The notes beneath the pieces are model-generated. The model made no database searches. It was not told the origin of the DNA and saw only the letters and a list, made by a program, of their open reading frames with translations. From NCBI GenBank assembly GCA_019359415.1, contig JAHHHH010000023.1, forward strand, positions 1 through 48,000: 48,000 bases of DNA. The letters are read 5' to 3'. The position numbers and the translations under genes were made by a program. How positions within the stretch are numbered: the first letter of the stretch is position 1; every line of letters begins with the position of its first letter. This document shows, piece after piece, positions 1 to 7,727 of the stretch. Origin of the DNA: Iphinoe sp. HA4291-MV1 (GTDB taxonomy: Bacteria; Cyanobacteriota; Cyanobacteriia; Cyanobacteriales; Nostocaceae).

Positions 1-75
1 AACGCGGTCTTGAGGGTTTCCCTCAAAGAGCGATTTTGAACCCGTAGGGTGATGTAAGTCGGGCTACGCCTGCAA

Positions 76-483
76 TTGCTGTTTGAGCCTAGAATCCCCC
101 GAATTCAATTCGGGGGAGTATGTCAAAACGGTTCTCCTTATCCTTGTATATACCCAGATTTGATGATGCGTTTAGAAATCAATGAATCAAAGGCTAATAA
201 GCGATTTGTACATCGTTGGCTTGCTTGTACATTAGTTCGTGACTATATCAAGAGTAAGGCAAAGGGAACAAGCCCAACAATGAAAAAGATTTCTCAGGAA
301 ATCGTCATGAATATTCCCTTTCCTTCAGATTTATCCATAGCCGAACAACGCCGCATCGTCGCTTACCTCGATGAACTCCAAACCAAAGTAGACACAATGA
401 AACGACTCAGAGAAGAAGCAATGAAAGAACTTGATGTACTGCTATCTTCCATCCTTGACAAAGCATTCAAAGGGGAACTGTGA
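76..483 (+). pseudogene. hsdS: C-terminal remnant of a type I restriction-modification specificity subunit (HsdS)
   Basis: The tail ...GTSPTMKKISQEIVMNIPFPSDLSIAEQRRIVAYLDELQTKVDTMKRLREEAMKELDVLLSSILDKAFKGEL matches the end of an HsdS target-recognition domain plus the conserved C-terminal helix. The frame is closed upstream by a TGA at 37-39. The first ~120 nt contain hairpin repeats (cttgagggtttccctcaag, cccccgaattcaattcggggg). Only ~110 aa of a protein that is normally ~400 aa are present. Confidence 0.55.
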
Positions 484-551
484 TCACACAGATAGGTGCT
501 ATCTTTATCCTGGGTTGATAACTCATAAAGTTGATTATAAGAACTCTGTAA

Positions 552-2408
552 ATGGACTTAGAAAGTTTACTCCAGAAAATAAACATAAGAGAAGACCAAG
601 ACCTTGAGTGTAAGTCGGCTGATGGTGGTTTGCCCAATGATGTCTGGGAAACAGTATCTGCATTTGCAAATACAGATGGAGGCTACATTGTACTTGGTGT
701 CAGTGAAGGCAAAAGTGGACTTACCATTTCTGGAGTACGCAACCCAGATGGATTATTGAAAAAGTTTTGGGATAATCATAACAATTTCCAAAAACTTAGC
801 ACCCCAATTTGTTCTAGTTCAGATGTACAACTTCAACAGGTTGAAACACAAAATATAGTGATTATAAAAGTACCCAGAGCAACACCAAAACAGCGCCCTG
901 TGTACATCAACAATAACCCAATGACTGGCACATTCAAACGTAATTTTGAAGGAGATTATCATTGCACTTCCTCTGAAGTGCGGCAAATGTTACGGGATGC
1001 TGCAAACGAATCTCAAGATATCCAGATTTTAGAAGGATTTAATCTCACTGACCTTGACCCAGAAACACTTAAATCATTTCGCCAAAGGTTTACTTCCAGG
1101 GAACCCGATCACCCTTGGCTTGCATTAGACGATAAGAATTTGCTGACGCAGTTAGGTAGCTGGAAACGCGATCGCCTTACAAGTAAAGAAGGACTAACAC
1201 TAGCAGGTTTGCTCATGTTTGGTCGTGAGCGTAGTATTTTAGATGCGCTTCCTAACTACCAGCTAGATTATCAGGAGCGACTTTCTAATGATCCAGAAAT
1301 CCGCTGGACTTATAGATTGACACTCGATGGCAAATGGGAACCTAATCTTTTTAACTTCTATTACCGCGTTTATAGTCGTTTAGTCAACGATATAAATGTT
1401 CCATTTCAGCTTGACAAAGACGCAGTGCGACGAGGTGAAACTCATGTACATGAAGCACTCCGCGAAGCATTAGTCAATACCCTAATCCATGCAGATCATC
1501 AATCTACTCGCCCTATTTTAGTTACCAAATTTACAAATTCTTTTTTATTTTCTAATCCCGGTCGCCTGAGAATATCTCTTCAACAGCTTTATGATGGTGG
1601 GGTTAGCGATCCTCGCAACCCCAACCTGCAAAAAATGTTCCAAATGCTTGGTTTGGGTGAGAGAGCAGGCTCAGGTTTTGGAAAGATTCTCCGTGCTTGG
1701 AAAGAGCAGCAATGGTTGATTCCGTTGGTGTCAGAAAAATTAGAGTTAGAAATGACATCAATTGCATTACCAACGATGAGCTTGATTCCCGAAAATGTCG
1801 AGAAAGAGTTAAGAGAAATTGTCGGGGATGATTATTCTGAACTAACAGAGCTAGAACGCATTATTTTGGTACTAGCACATCAATTTGGAGAGGTTTGTAA
1901 TACTGATATTCAACGTTACAGACAGGAACACCCCAGAGACATAGGGGAGTGTCTCAAACACTTAGTATATAAAGGCTGCTTAGAAAGTTCTGGTCGTGGT
2001 CGTGGAACAAACAATACTTTAGCTAACACAGAAGCTCAACCAGATTTGCTTTCACTACTCCCAAGCCCCGAACATTACGAACCGAACTCCGAACATTACA
2101 AGCGTCTCCAAGATATTGCCGCCCCTGTCCGTGGGAAACGTCGCGCAGATCAAGAGTTAGTCGAGCAAGTAATTCTGGAACTATGCTCCGAACATTATCT
2201 ACAACTCCGAACATTAGCGGATCTATTAAACCGTAAGCCGGACACTATTAGAAACCACTATGTAAACCTAATGTTGCAGCGGGGCTTACTAAAACTGCGA
2301 TACCCCGAACAACTCAATCACCCTCAACAGGCGTACAGAACAGCATCTTTAGCAGATAGGGAAAATAATAAGACTTTTGACACTCCCCCATCTACCCAAA
2401 TTTTATGA
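552..2408 (+). CDS. AlbA_2 (Schlafen-like) plus HATPase_c_4 domain protein, the family often mis-annotated as RecG-like helicase or transcriptional regulator
   Basis: The N-terminus EDQDLECKSADGGLPNDVWETVSAFANTDGGYIVLGV is the AlbA_2 signature. The central REALVNTLIHADH...FSNPGRL...GGVSDPRNPNLQKMFQMLGLGERAGSGFGKI is the HATPase_c_4 signature. The C-terminal third is likely a winged helix and contains short repeats (tccgaacatta, four copies). Confidence 0.7.
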   Translation: MDLESLLQKINIREDQDLECKSADGGLPNDVWETVSAFANTDGGYIVLGVSEGKSGLTISGVRNPDGLLKKFWDNHNNFQKLSTPICSSSDVQLQQVETQNIVIIKVPRATPKQRPVYINNNPMTGTFKRNFEGDYHCTSSEVRQMLRDAANESQDIQILEGFNLTDLDPETLKSFRQRFTSREPDHPWLALDDKNLLTQLGSWKRDRLTSKEGLTLAGLLMFGRERSILDALPNYQLDYQERLSNDPEIRWTYRLTLDGKWEPNLFNFYYRVYSRLVNDINVPFQLDKDAVRRGETHVHEALREALVNTLIHADHQSTRPILVTKFTNSFLFSNPGRLRISLQQLYDGGVSDPRNPNLQKMFQMLGLGERAGSGFGKILRAWKEQQWLIPLVSEKLELEMTSIALPTMSLIPENVEKELREIVGDDYSELTELERIILVLAHQFGEVCNTDIQRYRQEHPRDIGECLKHLVYKGCLESSGRGRGTNNTLANTEAQPDLLSLLPSPEHYEPNSEHYKRLQDIAAPVRGKRRADQELVEQVILELCSEHYLQLRTLADLLNRKPDTIRNHYVNLMLQRGLLKLRYPEQLNHPQQAYRTASLADRENNKTFDTPPSTQIL

Positions 2409-2726
2409 GCTATTTACTTAGTCAATACTTTGAAAGACTTTGCTGCTAAATCGCCATCCATCAACCCACAACGTCAGAACTTTAAACCTTGCCCCACAGT
2501 TTGGACATTCTGAGAGTAAGAGTAACTGCTGGCGTTCACCTCCTCCCCTCCTGTGCAAATATTTAGATTTTTGTTCAAGCATTGTTATGGAACGAAGATA
2601 AAAGGCGTTCCCTTTATTTATTCGCTCGCTTCAAAATTAACGCAGCCATTTGAGACACAGAACTACTGGTAAAAACATTTGGGATAAACTTTAATTCTTC
2701 CTTCAGCATAGCTGCCCTCTACCTTA

Positions 2727-2790
2727 CCCGTAAGTCCTACGGACAGGCTCCGCCAACGCGCAGCGTCCCGGAGGGAAGGGCTGGTAATGA
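2727..2790. repeat. Copy of a GC-rich small dispersed repeat (SDR-like)
   Basis: aggctccgccaacgcgca at 2745-2762 is the exact reverse complement of 19295-19312, which lies inside the NRPS insertion. The GC-rich patch sits in AT-rich intergenic DNA. Confidence 0.6.
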
Positions 2791-2958
2791 TAGTATTGCC
2801 ATTTTGGCAAGTTTGTTTTTGAAAAATCGGATATTAGTAGATTGTGCCAATTGTTATTGATACTCGCACGTTTATTGCTATCTACCGAATACTGCTGAAG
2901 TGAAACCAATACTGAAATAGCGGTTCTCCAAAAAATTTTACGCTTTAGGAAATAATAC

Positions 2959-4197
2959 ATGGTACTCTCACTGTCTTCTGTTAATGTTATTCAGTATCTG
3001 TATAAAACAGGTCTGTGTAGCTCGGAAGAAGGCGCAAATGTCGATTCTGAACTACCACAAGCTAGTAAGAAAAACTTCAATGTACTGGTTACTTTGCCTG
3101 AACATCATAAACTGCTAGTTAAACAGAAACAATGCATTGATAATGATGGAAACCCGCATGAGTTTTTCAACGAGTGGTTGTTTCATCAACTGCTTCAGCG
3201 GTTTCCAGTGTTAAGAAATATTTCGGCGATCGCATCTTTAGTAGTGAATTTCGATCAAGAAAAAACTATTCTTGTTCGCCACTACTTAAAGGAGTATTTT
3301 GAACTAGGAAGTTTTTATCAAAAAAGTTTGCACTTTCCAAAGGCGATTGCAAACGCTATTGGCACTAGCTTGGGAGCGCTGCATCGTGCTACTTTCAATC
3401 GTCGGGAGTATCAGGATTTTATGGCAACTGCTCCTCAAGGAGAGTTTCGCTATCAATTTTATAATCCAGCCCAAGGAATGGGGTCAATTGGACCTGAAAT
3501 TTTTGGCAATGTTCCTACGGGTGCACTGAAATTCTATATTCTCTATCAACGTTATGAGAGTTTAGAAGCAGCAATTGCACAATTAGCGTACGATTGGAAT
3601 CCTTGCTGCTTAACTCATAATGACCTGAAATTGGAAAATATTTTAGTACATTCAAAGTGGGAGCAGTTAGACAATTGTCTTGTACGACTTATTGACTGGG
3701 AAGCTTGTTCTTGGGGAGATCCAGCTTTCGATCTAGGAACTTTAGTGGCAAGCTACCTAACAATTTGGTTAGAAAGCTTAGTGGTAGATTCTACTATCGA
3801 GTTAGAAGAATCGCTACTTCTTGCAGCAATTCCATTGGAAGTTCTCCAACCTTCACTCCTAGCTCTCATTCTAGCTTATCTTGATACTTTTCCAATAATT
3901 CTGGAGTATGGTTGTGCATTTGTTCAACGGGTTATCAAGTTTGCCGGTTTAGTTTTGATTCACCGAATTACCGACAATATTAAGTTTCACAAATACTTTG
4001 ATAATTCAAGTATTTGTATGCTTGAATTTGCCAAAACTTTACTCACTAGATCACAAGAGTCTGTGCTGACTGTTTTCGGTATCCGAGAGTCAGAAATCAT
4101 GAAGTTTTTTGCAAAATCTGCTCAATTATCTCAACCGGAAAGAGAGAATAATTTGCTTCGCCTTTATTATGACAAAGCTCGTCTGCGCGGTTGTTAA
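2959..4197 (+). CDS. Protein-kinase-like (aminoglycoside phosphotransferase / APH family) phosphotransferase
   Basis: Catalytic loop LTHNDLKLENILV and metal-binding segment LIDWEACSWGDPAFDLG are typical of APH/CotS-type kinases. The protein is 412 aa. Its stop lies 46 nt upstream of the next gene on the same strand. Confidence 0.75.
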   Translation: MVLSLSSVNVIQYLYKTGLCSSEEGANVDSELPQASKKNFNVLVTLPEHHKLLVKQKQCIDNDGNPHEFFNEWLFHQLLQRFPVLRNISAIASLVVNFDQEKTILVRHYLKEYFELGSFYQKSLHFPKAIANAIGTSLGALHRATFNRREYQDFMATAPQGEFRYQFYNPAQGMGSIGPEIFGNVPTGALKFYILYQRYESLEAAIAQLAYDWNPCCLTHNDLKLENILVHSKWEQLDNCLVRLIDWEACSWGDPAFDLGTLVASYLTIWLESLVVDSTIELEESLLLAAIPLEVLQPSLLALILAYLDTFPIILEYGCAFVQRVIKFAGLVLIHRITDNIKFHKYFDNSSICMLEFAKTLLTRSQESVLTVFGIRESEIMKFFAKSAQLSQPERENNLLRLYYDKARLRGC

Positions 4198-4243
4198 TGT
4201 GAGAAGGTAAAAATTCGCCACTTCTAATATATGAGTTTTTATA

Positions 4244-5332
4244 ATGCTAGAGTCTTCTACCAAACCACTGCTAAATTCTCTTTTGGATATTGCTAGCAAT
4301 ATCCAAATTGAATCCAACTTTTGCATTCGCCATCCCAAATATCAACCCTTTGCTCTGCCAGCTAAGATAGCAGACCGATTTCGACAAAATTCGCAAGTAT
4401 TACAATATAAGTATCTTGCTCTGCTATTGCGAAATTTCCTTCACGGTATTTATTACAATGGCTCTCTACAAACCACGTTGTCACTTAATGGTGATGTGAG
4501 TCATAACTTGCCACACAAAAACTTGGAAAGCCATTCTATTTTGGAGATTGATTGGCAATTTTACGAACTACTACATACCAGTAACCATGGTACAGGTTAC
4601 TTTGACCCGGGTTGGCAGCTGTTGCGACGGGAACCAGATGGTAGTATAGCAGTGACCAAAGGTGGTTTGACATTATATGTTGAGTACACTCACAACCTGG
4701 AACCATCAACCCTGACTGCCAAAGTCGGAGAGTTGATTGATATTTGGATGCCTAAAAATCAACTGCAAAACGGCTTTTACGTAGCGCTTAGCAATGTCGG
4801 ACAAGATTTGCAGGCTAATCTGGATGCTGATTTAGGCGCGGGGCGAATTTACTTTAATATTACTCCAATGGGTGCGATCGCTCTTATGGATAGTCTAACA
4901 CAGCAACTGAACGCTGCTGCGATTCCCTTTAGTTTTCAGGTTTTACACAATCCATCTGCCTATGGACGCTACGACTCAGGAGTGCTGTCCTTTGAGTGCT
5001 TAGACTATCCAGCAGTGCGAAAAGTCCTTCAGACTGTCTATGCAGAACATCAATCCCATTTCCACAAGGAAATCCCCTTATTTACCAAGTTTTTGGCACC
5101 AGGGTTGAGTTTAGCTGAAGAACTGAGCCAAAAATTTACCCCACAGGAAAGTTTTGGTATGAACCGCTGTCAAATTGTGGCAAATGCTTTGTTGGAGGTT
5201 TGGCAACAAGATAATGATTCAACCGAAGAGCGGATGAAAGCAATTCATCTACATTTTACTCGGCTCGGTATTGATTTACAGCGTCCTTACCTCAATCCTT
5301 GCTCTGAGGATATTTACTACCCTCTCAATTGA
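4244..5332 (+). CDS. HopA1-family-like protein (candidate phospho-Ser/Thr lyase partner of the upstream kinase)
   Basis: 362 aa. The segment GRIYFNITPMGAIALMDSLTQQLNAAAIPFSFQVLHNPSAYGRYDSGVLSF...EIPLFTKFLAPGLSLAEE fits my recollection of the HopA1 family core (R-x-Y-x-N ... R-x-D-x-x-V-x-Y/F ... PLFTK-L-PG). It is tightly linked to an APH kinase, as in LanK/LanY and TvaC/TvaD pairs. The family assignment is from memory and is not HMM-verified. Confidence 0.55.
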   Translation: MLESSTKPLLNSLLDIASNIQIESNFCIRHPKYQPFALPAKIADRFRQNSQVLQYKYLALLLRNFLHGIYYNGSLQTTLSLNGDVSHNLPHKNLESHSILEIDWQFYELLHTSNHGTGYFDPGWQLLRREPDGSIAVTKGGLTLYVEYTHNLEPSTLTAKVGELIDIWMPKNQLQNGFYVALSNVGQDLQANLDADLGAGRIYFNITPMGAIALMDSLTQQLNAAAIPFSFQVLHNPSAYGRYDSGVLSFECLDYPAVRKVLQTVYAEHQSHFHKEIPLFTKFLAPGLSLAEELSQKFTPQESFGMNRCQIVANALLEVWQQDNDSTEERMKAIHLHFTRLGIDLQRPYLNPCSEDIYYPLN

Positions 5333-5480
5333 TATAGCGCTTAACAGGGAACAGGCTTGAAAGTCTCTTGGTGTCCGTGTTTTCTCATTAGTTCGTGTCC
5401 TAATCTACCTGGCGACTGCTATAAAACGGATGATTGCGGTAAAATTATTTACTATAGCAGGCTATTTGCCAGCTATATAT

Positions 5481-5501
5481 TTTTGATTTTTGATTTTTGA
5501 A
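5481..5501. repeat. Tandem heptamer TTTTGAT/TTTTTGA x3
   Basis: tttttgatttttgatttttga lies directly upstream of the ATG at 5511. The ORF-track start at 5490 is a TTG inside this repeat and is probably not the real start. Confidence 0.8.
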
Positions 5502-5510
5502 TTTCTCAAT

Positions 5511-5957
5511 ATGCCGTTTACATATAACCGCACCATTCGCTTTCAAGATACTGATGCTGCTGGGGTAGTTTACTTTGCTAATATCTTGGCTATTTGTCAC
5601 GAGGCTTATGAAGAGTCTCTAATTATGTCTGGTATTAATCTCAAAGATTTTTTTACCAATCCATCTGTAGCTTTTCCCATTGTTCATGCTAATGTGGATT
5701 TTTTTCGTCCGCTGTATTGTGGAGATAATTTGCTTATTAAATTAATGCCTCAACAACTTAGTGTTGATAGATTTGAAGTGGCTTATGAAGTGATAGTTCG
5801 TGAGGTGATGGCTGCCAAGGCTGTGACTAGGCACGTTTGTATTGAGACAAATAGCAGAACGAAAACAGAGTTACCAGAAGAAATGAAAGAATGGTTGGAG
5901 AGAAACAAAAGAGGCGTAGAGAGTGCAGAGACAAGAAAGTCAAGAGAGATTATTTAA
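5511..5957 (+). CDS. 4HBT (hot-dog fold) acyl-CoA thioesterase, resembling the cyanobacterial 1,4-dihydroxy-2-naphthoyl-CoA hydrolase subfamily
   Basis: [37 protein letters not shown]...[20 protein letters not shown] contains the D-T-D-x-x-G-V-V-Y catalytic-Asp motif of 4HBT/YbgC thioesterases. The overall pattern matches my memory of Slr0204-type DHNA-CoA hydrolases. I chose the ATG at 5511 as the start. Confidence 0.6.
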   Translation: MPFTYNRTIRFQDTDAAGVVYFANILAICHEAYEESLIMSGINLKDFFTNPSVAFPIVHANVDFFRPLYCGDNLLIKLMPQQLSVDRFEVAYEVIVREVMAAKAVTRHVCIETNSRTKTELPEEMKEWLERNKRGVESAETRKSREII

Positions 5958-6034
5958 AAAATTGTTTTGAGCTTATTGCTCAGTTCTCTGCACAAACGGT
6001 TTTTTGAAAACAGAGATCATAAGCTGTTCCACAT

Positions 6035-6350
6035 TTAAATTGCATAATTAGGACGGGCAAGATGCTCCGTTCGCGTAGCGTGTCCAAAGGACAAGATTGG
6101 AGTCTCCTCCAACAGACGCGCAAGGGACGGAGGAAACCTCCCTCCGGGTGAACCTTCTCCTGTCGGAACAGGTGAGCCAACGGATACGCTGAGTCCTCCG
6201 GACACGCACTCGCGTTCGCGAGCGCCAGTCCCCCTACCCTGTCGGGAAGCCGCTCCCTTGTCTACGTGACGGAAACCGCCATCGCTCTTAGCGTCTCCCC
6301 TTGGGAGAAGACGGGGGCTGGACTCACCGCTCCAACTTCTCTCCATCCCA
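6035..6350. repeat. ~300-bp GC-rich composite of nested small dispersed repeats
   Basis: Its reverse complement shares gagaagttggagcgg, cctccgtcccttgcgcgtct and aggagactccaatcttg with the insertion at 19218-19330. It also shares ccttctcctgtcgga (6153-6167) with 26334-26348 and cgttcgcgtagcgt (6068-6081) with 17817-17830. The shared blocks are separated by extra GC-rich inserts, which indicates nesting. The two overlapping ORFs called here (5980..6180, 6035..6346) are low-complexity and probably spurious. Confidence 0.7.
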
Positions 6351-6392
6351 CAAGAGTTACAAAAAATTCCAAGGCTGCAAACTAAATGTGGT

Positions 6393-7727
6393 TTAGCTTA
6401 TCTGATCCGATAGTTCATCTTCGACGAACCGCATGCGGGGATACTGGTAGCCTGCAACAGTTAGTAGCATACTGAAGGCTCCCATAATCATGAACATTAA
6501 GCCAATACCGCGACCAGGTCCAACACCTATGAGTTGTCCGATACTGCTGGCGAAAAGACCGTTGGAAGCCATTAAAGGCTCGAATACGCGGTCAGCTAGC
6601 GGTCCTGCGACAATATAAGCCAGTGGTTGCGATACGGTGGAAATCATTCTTCTCACAGCAAAGACCCTTCCCTGCACTTCGGGCGCGACTTTTCTTTGCC
6701 AGATGACTTGGAGAGAACAATAGATAATTTGCGAACCAAGACCGGATAGGAAAACAGCGACGGCTATGAGTGGGACAGAGGTACGCAACCCGGTGACAAA
6801 GATGCACAGTCCACCCAGTAGGTGGAAAACTAATATACTCTGCATGAGTCGCGTTGGTCCTTTCCAGGTACTTATTACTAGGGTACCCAGCAGCATACCG
6901 ATACCGTCGATGGATAGGATAATGCCGAGCATAGCAGGGGAGGCGAAGGACAACACCAGCGGCGTTGTGAGCACGTTAACGAATCCCAAGATAAAATTAG
7001 TGGTGCTAAAAAGAATGAGTAGTGCTAGCAGTCCTGCTCGGGAAGTGATGTACTTCCAGCCGTAGAGAAGCTCCCAAAGCAGAGAGTTTTCCTCTGCTTC
7101 CTCATCCTCAGTGTCGCTAGTTTTAACGTTAGGGAACCGAACCAAGAGCAGGGTCACCAGGGAGAACAAGAAGGTAGCAAAATCGATTAGAATGACACCT
7201 TGTAGATGGATGGTCACTACCAGTACACCTCCCAACACAGGTATAAGGAGCGATGATAAAGACTCTGCTAGCTCGGTCATGCCGTTGGCACGAGGCAAAA
7301 ACTGTTTGGGCACCAACTGGGGAATGGCGGCGCTATAGGCTGGCCACTGGAAGGCACTGAAGGCGGAACTAATGGCGGTAGCTATGTATACATGCCAGAC
7401 TTCAAGACGATCAGTTGTAAATAAAAGAGCGATCGCTATGGTACTCAGACCAGCGCCGGAGTCACTGAGAATCATAACCCAACGGCGATTCCAACGGTCT
7501 GCCAAAGCGCCAGCCAGGGGAGTCATCAAGATCCCAGGTACATGACTACATACAGAAGCGATCGCAAACTGAGTGACTGAACCTGTGTGTTGGTACACCC
7601 AGATATCTAGAGTGAATTCAGTGAGTTCGGAACCCATGACGGAGATCATTTGTCCAAACCAGACGAGAATAAAGACTCGTATTCCTTTGTTTGCAAGGTG
7701 TTTAGCCATCTTGTTTTCCTCAATCAT
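6393..7727 (-). CDS. MFS transporter of the EntS / MFS_3 (transmembrane secretion effector) type; probable exporter of the NRPS product
   Basis: About 12 predicted TM helices. The N-terminal FILVWFGQMISVMGSELTEF...LAGALADRWNRRWVMILSD is typical of the MFS_3 family. It follows the TE-terminated NRPS directly on the same strand. An alternative start is the ATG at 7709 (MAKHLANK), which has GAGGAA 6 nt upstream and lies 10 nt after the NRPS stop at 7720-7722. Confidence 0.8.
   Translation of the reverse strand: MIEENKMAKHLANKGIRVFILVWFGQMISVMGSELTEFTLDIWVYQHTGSVTQFAIASVCSHVPGILMTPLAGALADRWNRRWVMILSDSGAGLSTIAIALLFTTDRLEVWHVYIATAISSAFSAFQWPAYSAAIPQLVPKQFLPRANGMTELAESLSSLLIPVLGGVLVVTIHLQGVILIDFATFLFSLVTLLLVRFPNVKTSDTEDEEAEENSLLWELLYGWKYITSRAGLLALLILFSTTNFILGFVNVLTTPLVLSFASPAMLGIILSIDGIGMLLGTLVISTWKGPTRLMQSILVFHLLGGLCIFVTGLRTSVPLIAVAVFLSGLGSQIIYCSLQVIWQRKVAPEVQGRVFAVRRMISTVSQPLAYIVAGPLADRVFEPLMASNGLFASSIGQLIGVGPGRGIGLMFMIMGAFSMLLTVAGYQYPRMRFVEDELSDQIS

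Noticed and set aside
2405-2449. A 14-codon ORF (MSYLLSQYFERLCC) overlapping the stop of the AlbA_2 gene as ATGA, considered as a Cys-containing RiPP precursor for the kinase/HopA1 pair.
   Set aside because: It is too short for a leader plus core, has no Ser/Thr-rich core and no detectable SD, and lies 500 nt from the kinase gene. A chance ORF is more likely.
2474-2539. A 21-codon minus-strand ORF (GTG start, MNASSYSYSQNVQTVGQGLKF) with a perfect AGGAGG 7 nt upstream. It is Ser/Thr-rich and divergent from the kinase gene.
   Set aside because: It is attractive as a dehydratase substrate, but it is very short, uses a GTG start, and has no Cys partner or recognisable leader. The SD-like run belongs to a polypurine/polypyrimidine stretch. 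I cannot support it without conservation or expression data. It is worth a quick tblastn check only.
2724-2960. A 78-aa minus-strand ORF immediately upstream of the kinase gene.
   Set aside because: It contains a dispersed-repeat copy (2745-2790), shows no motif, and overlaps the likely promoter and 5' region of the kinase gene. It is probably spurious.
5980-6346. Two overlapping minus-strand ORFs (66 and 103 aa) between the thioesterase and the MFS gene.
   Set aside because: The region is a GC-rich mosaic of dispersed repeats. The predicted peptides are Gly/Arg/Pro/Ser-rich low complexity with no start context, and the open frames are explained by GC content.
2959-7727. The idea that the kinase/HopA1 pair and the 4HBT thioesterase belong to the NRPS cluster, for example making dehydroalanine or supplying O-phosphoserine for SbnA.
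   Set aside because: They are on the opposite strand and are separated from the cluster by a repeat island. The predicted NRPS substrates include no Ser or Thr. The thioesterase looks like the housekeeping phylloquinone-pathway DHNA-CoA hydrolase type. Linkage cannot be excluded but is unsupported.
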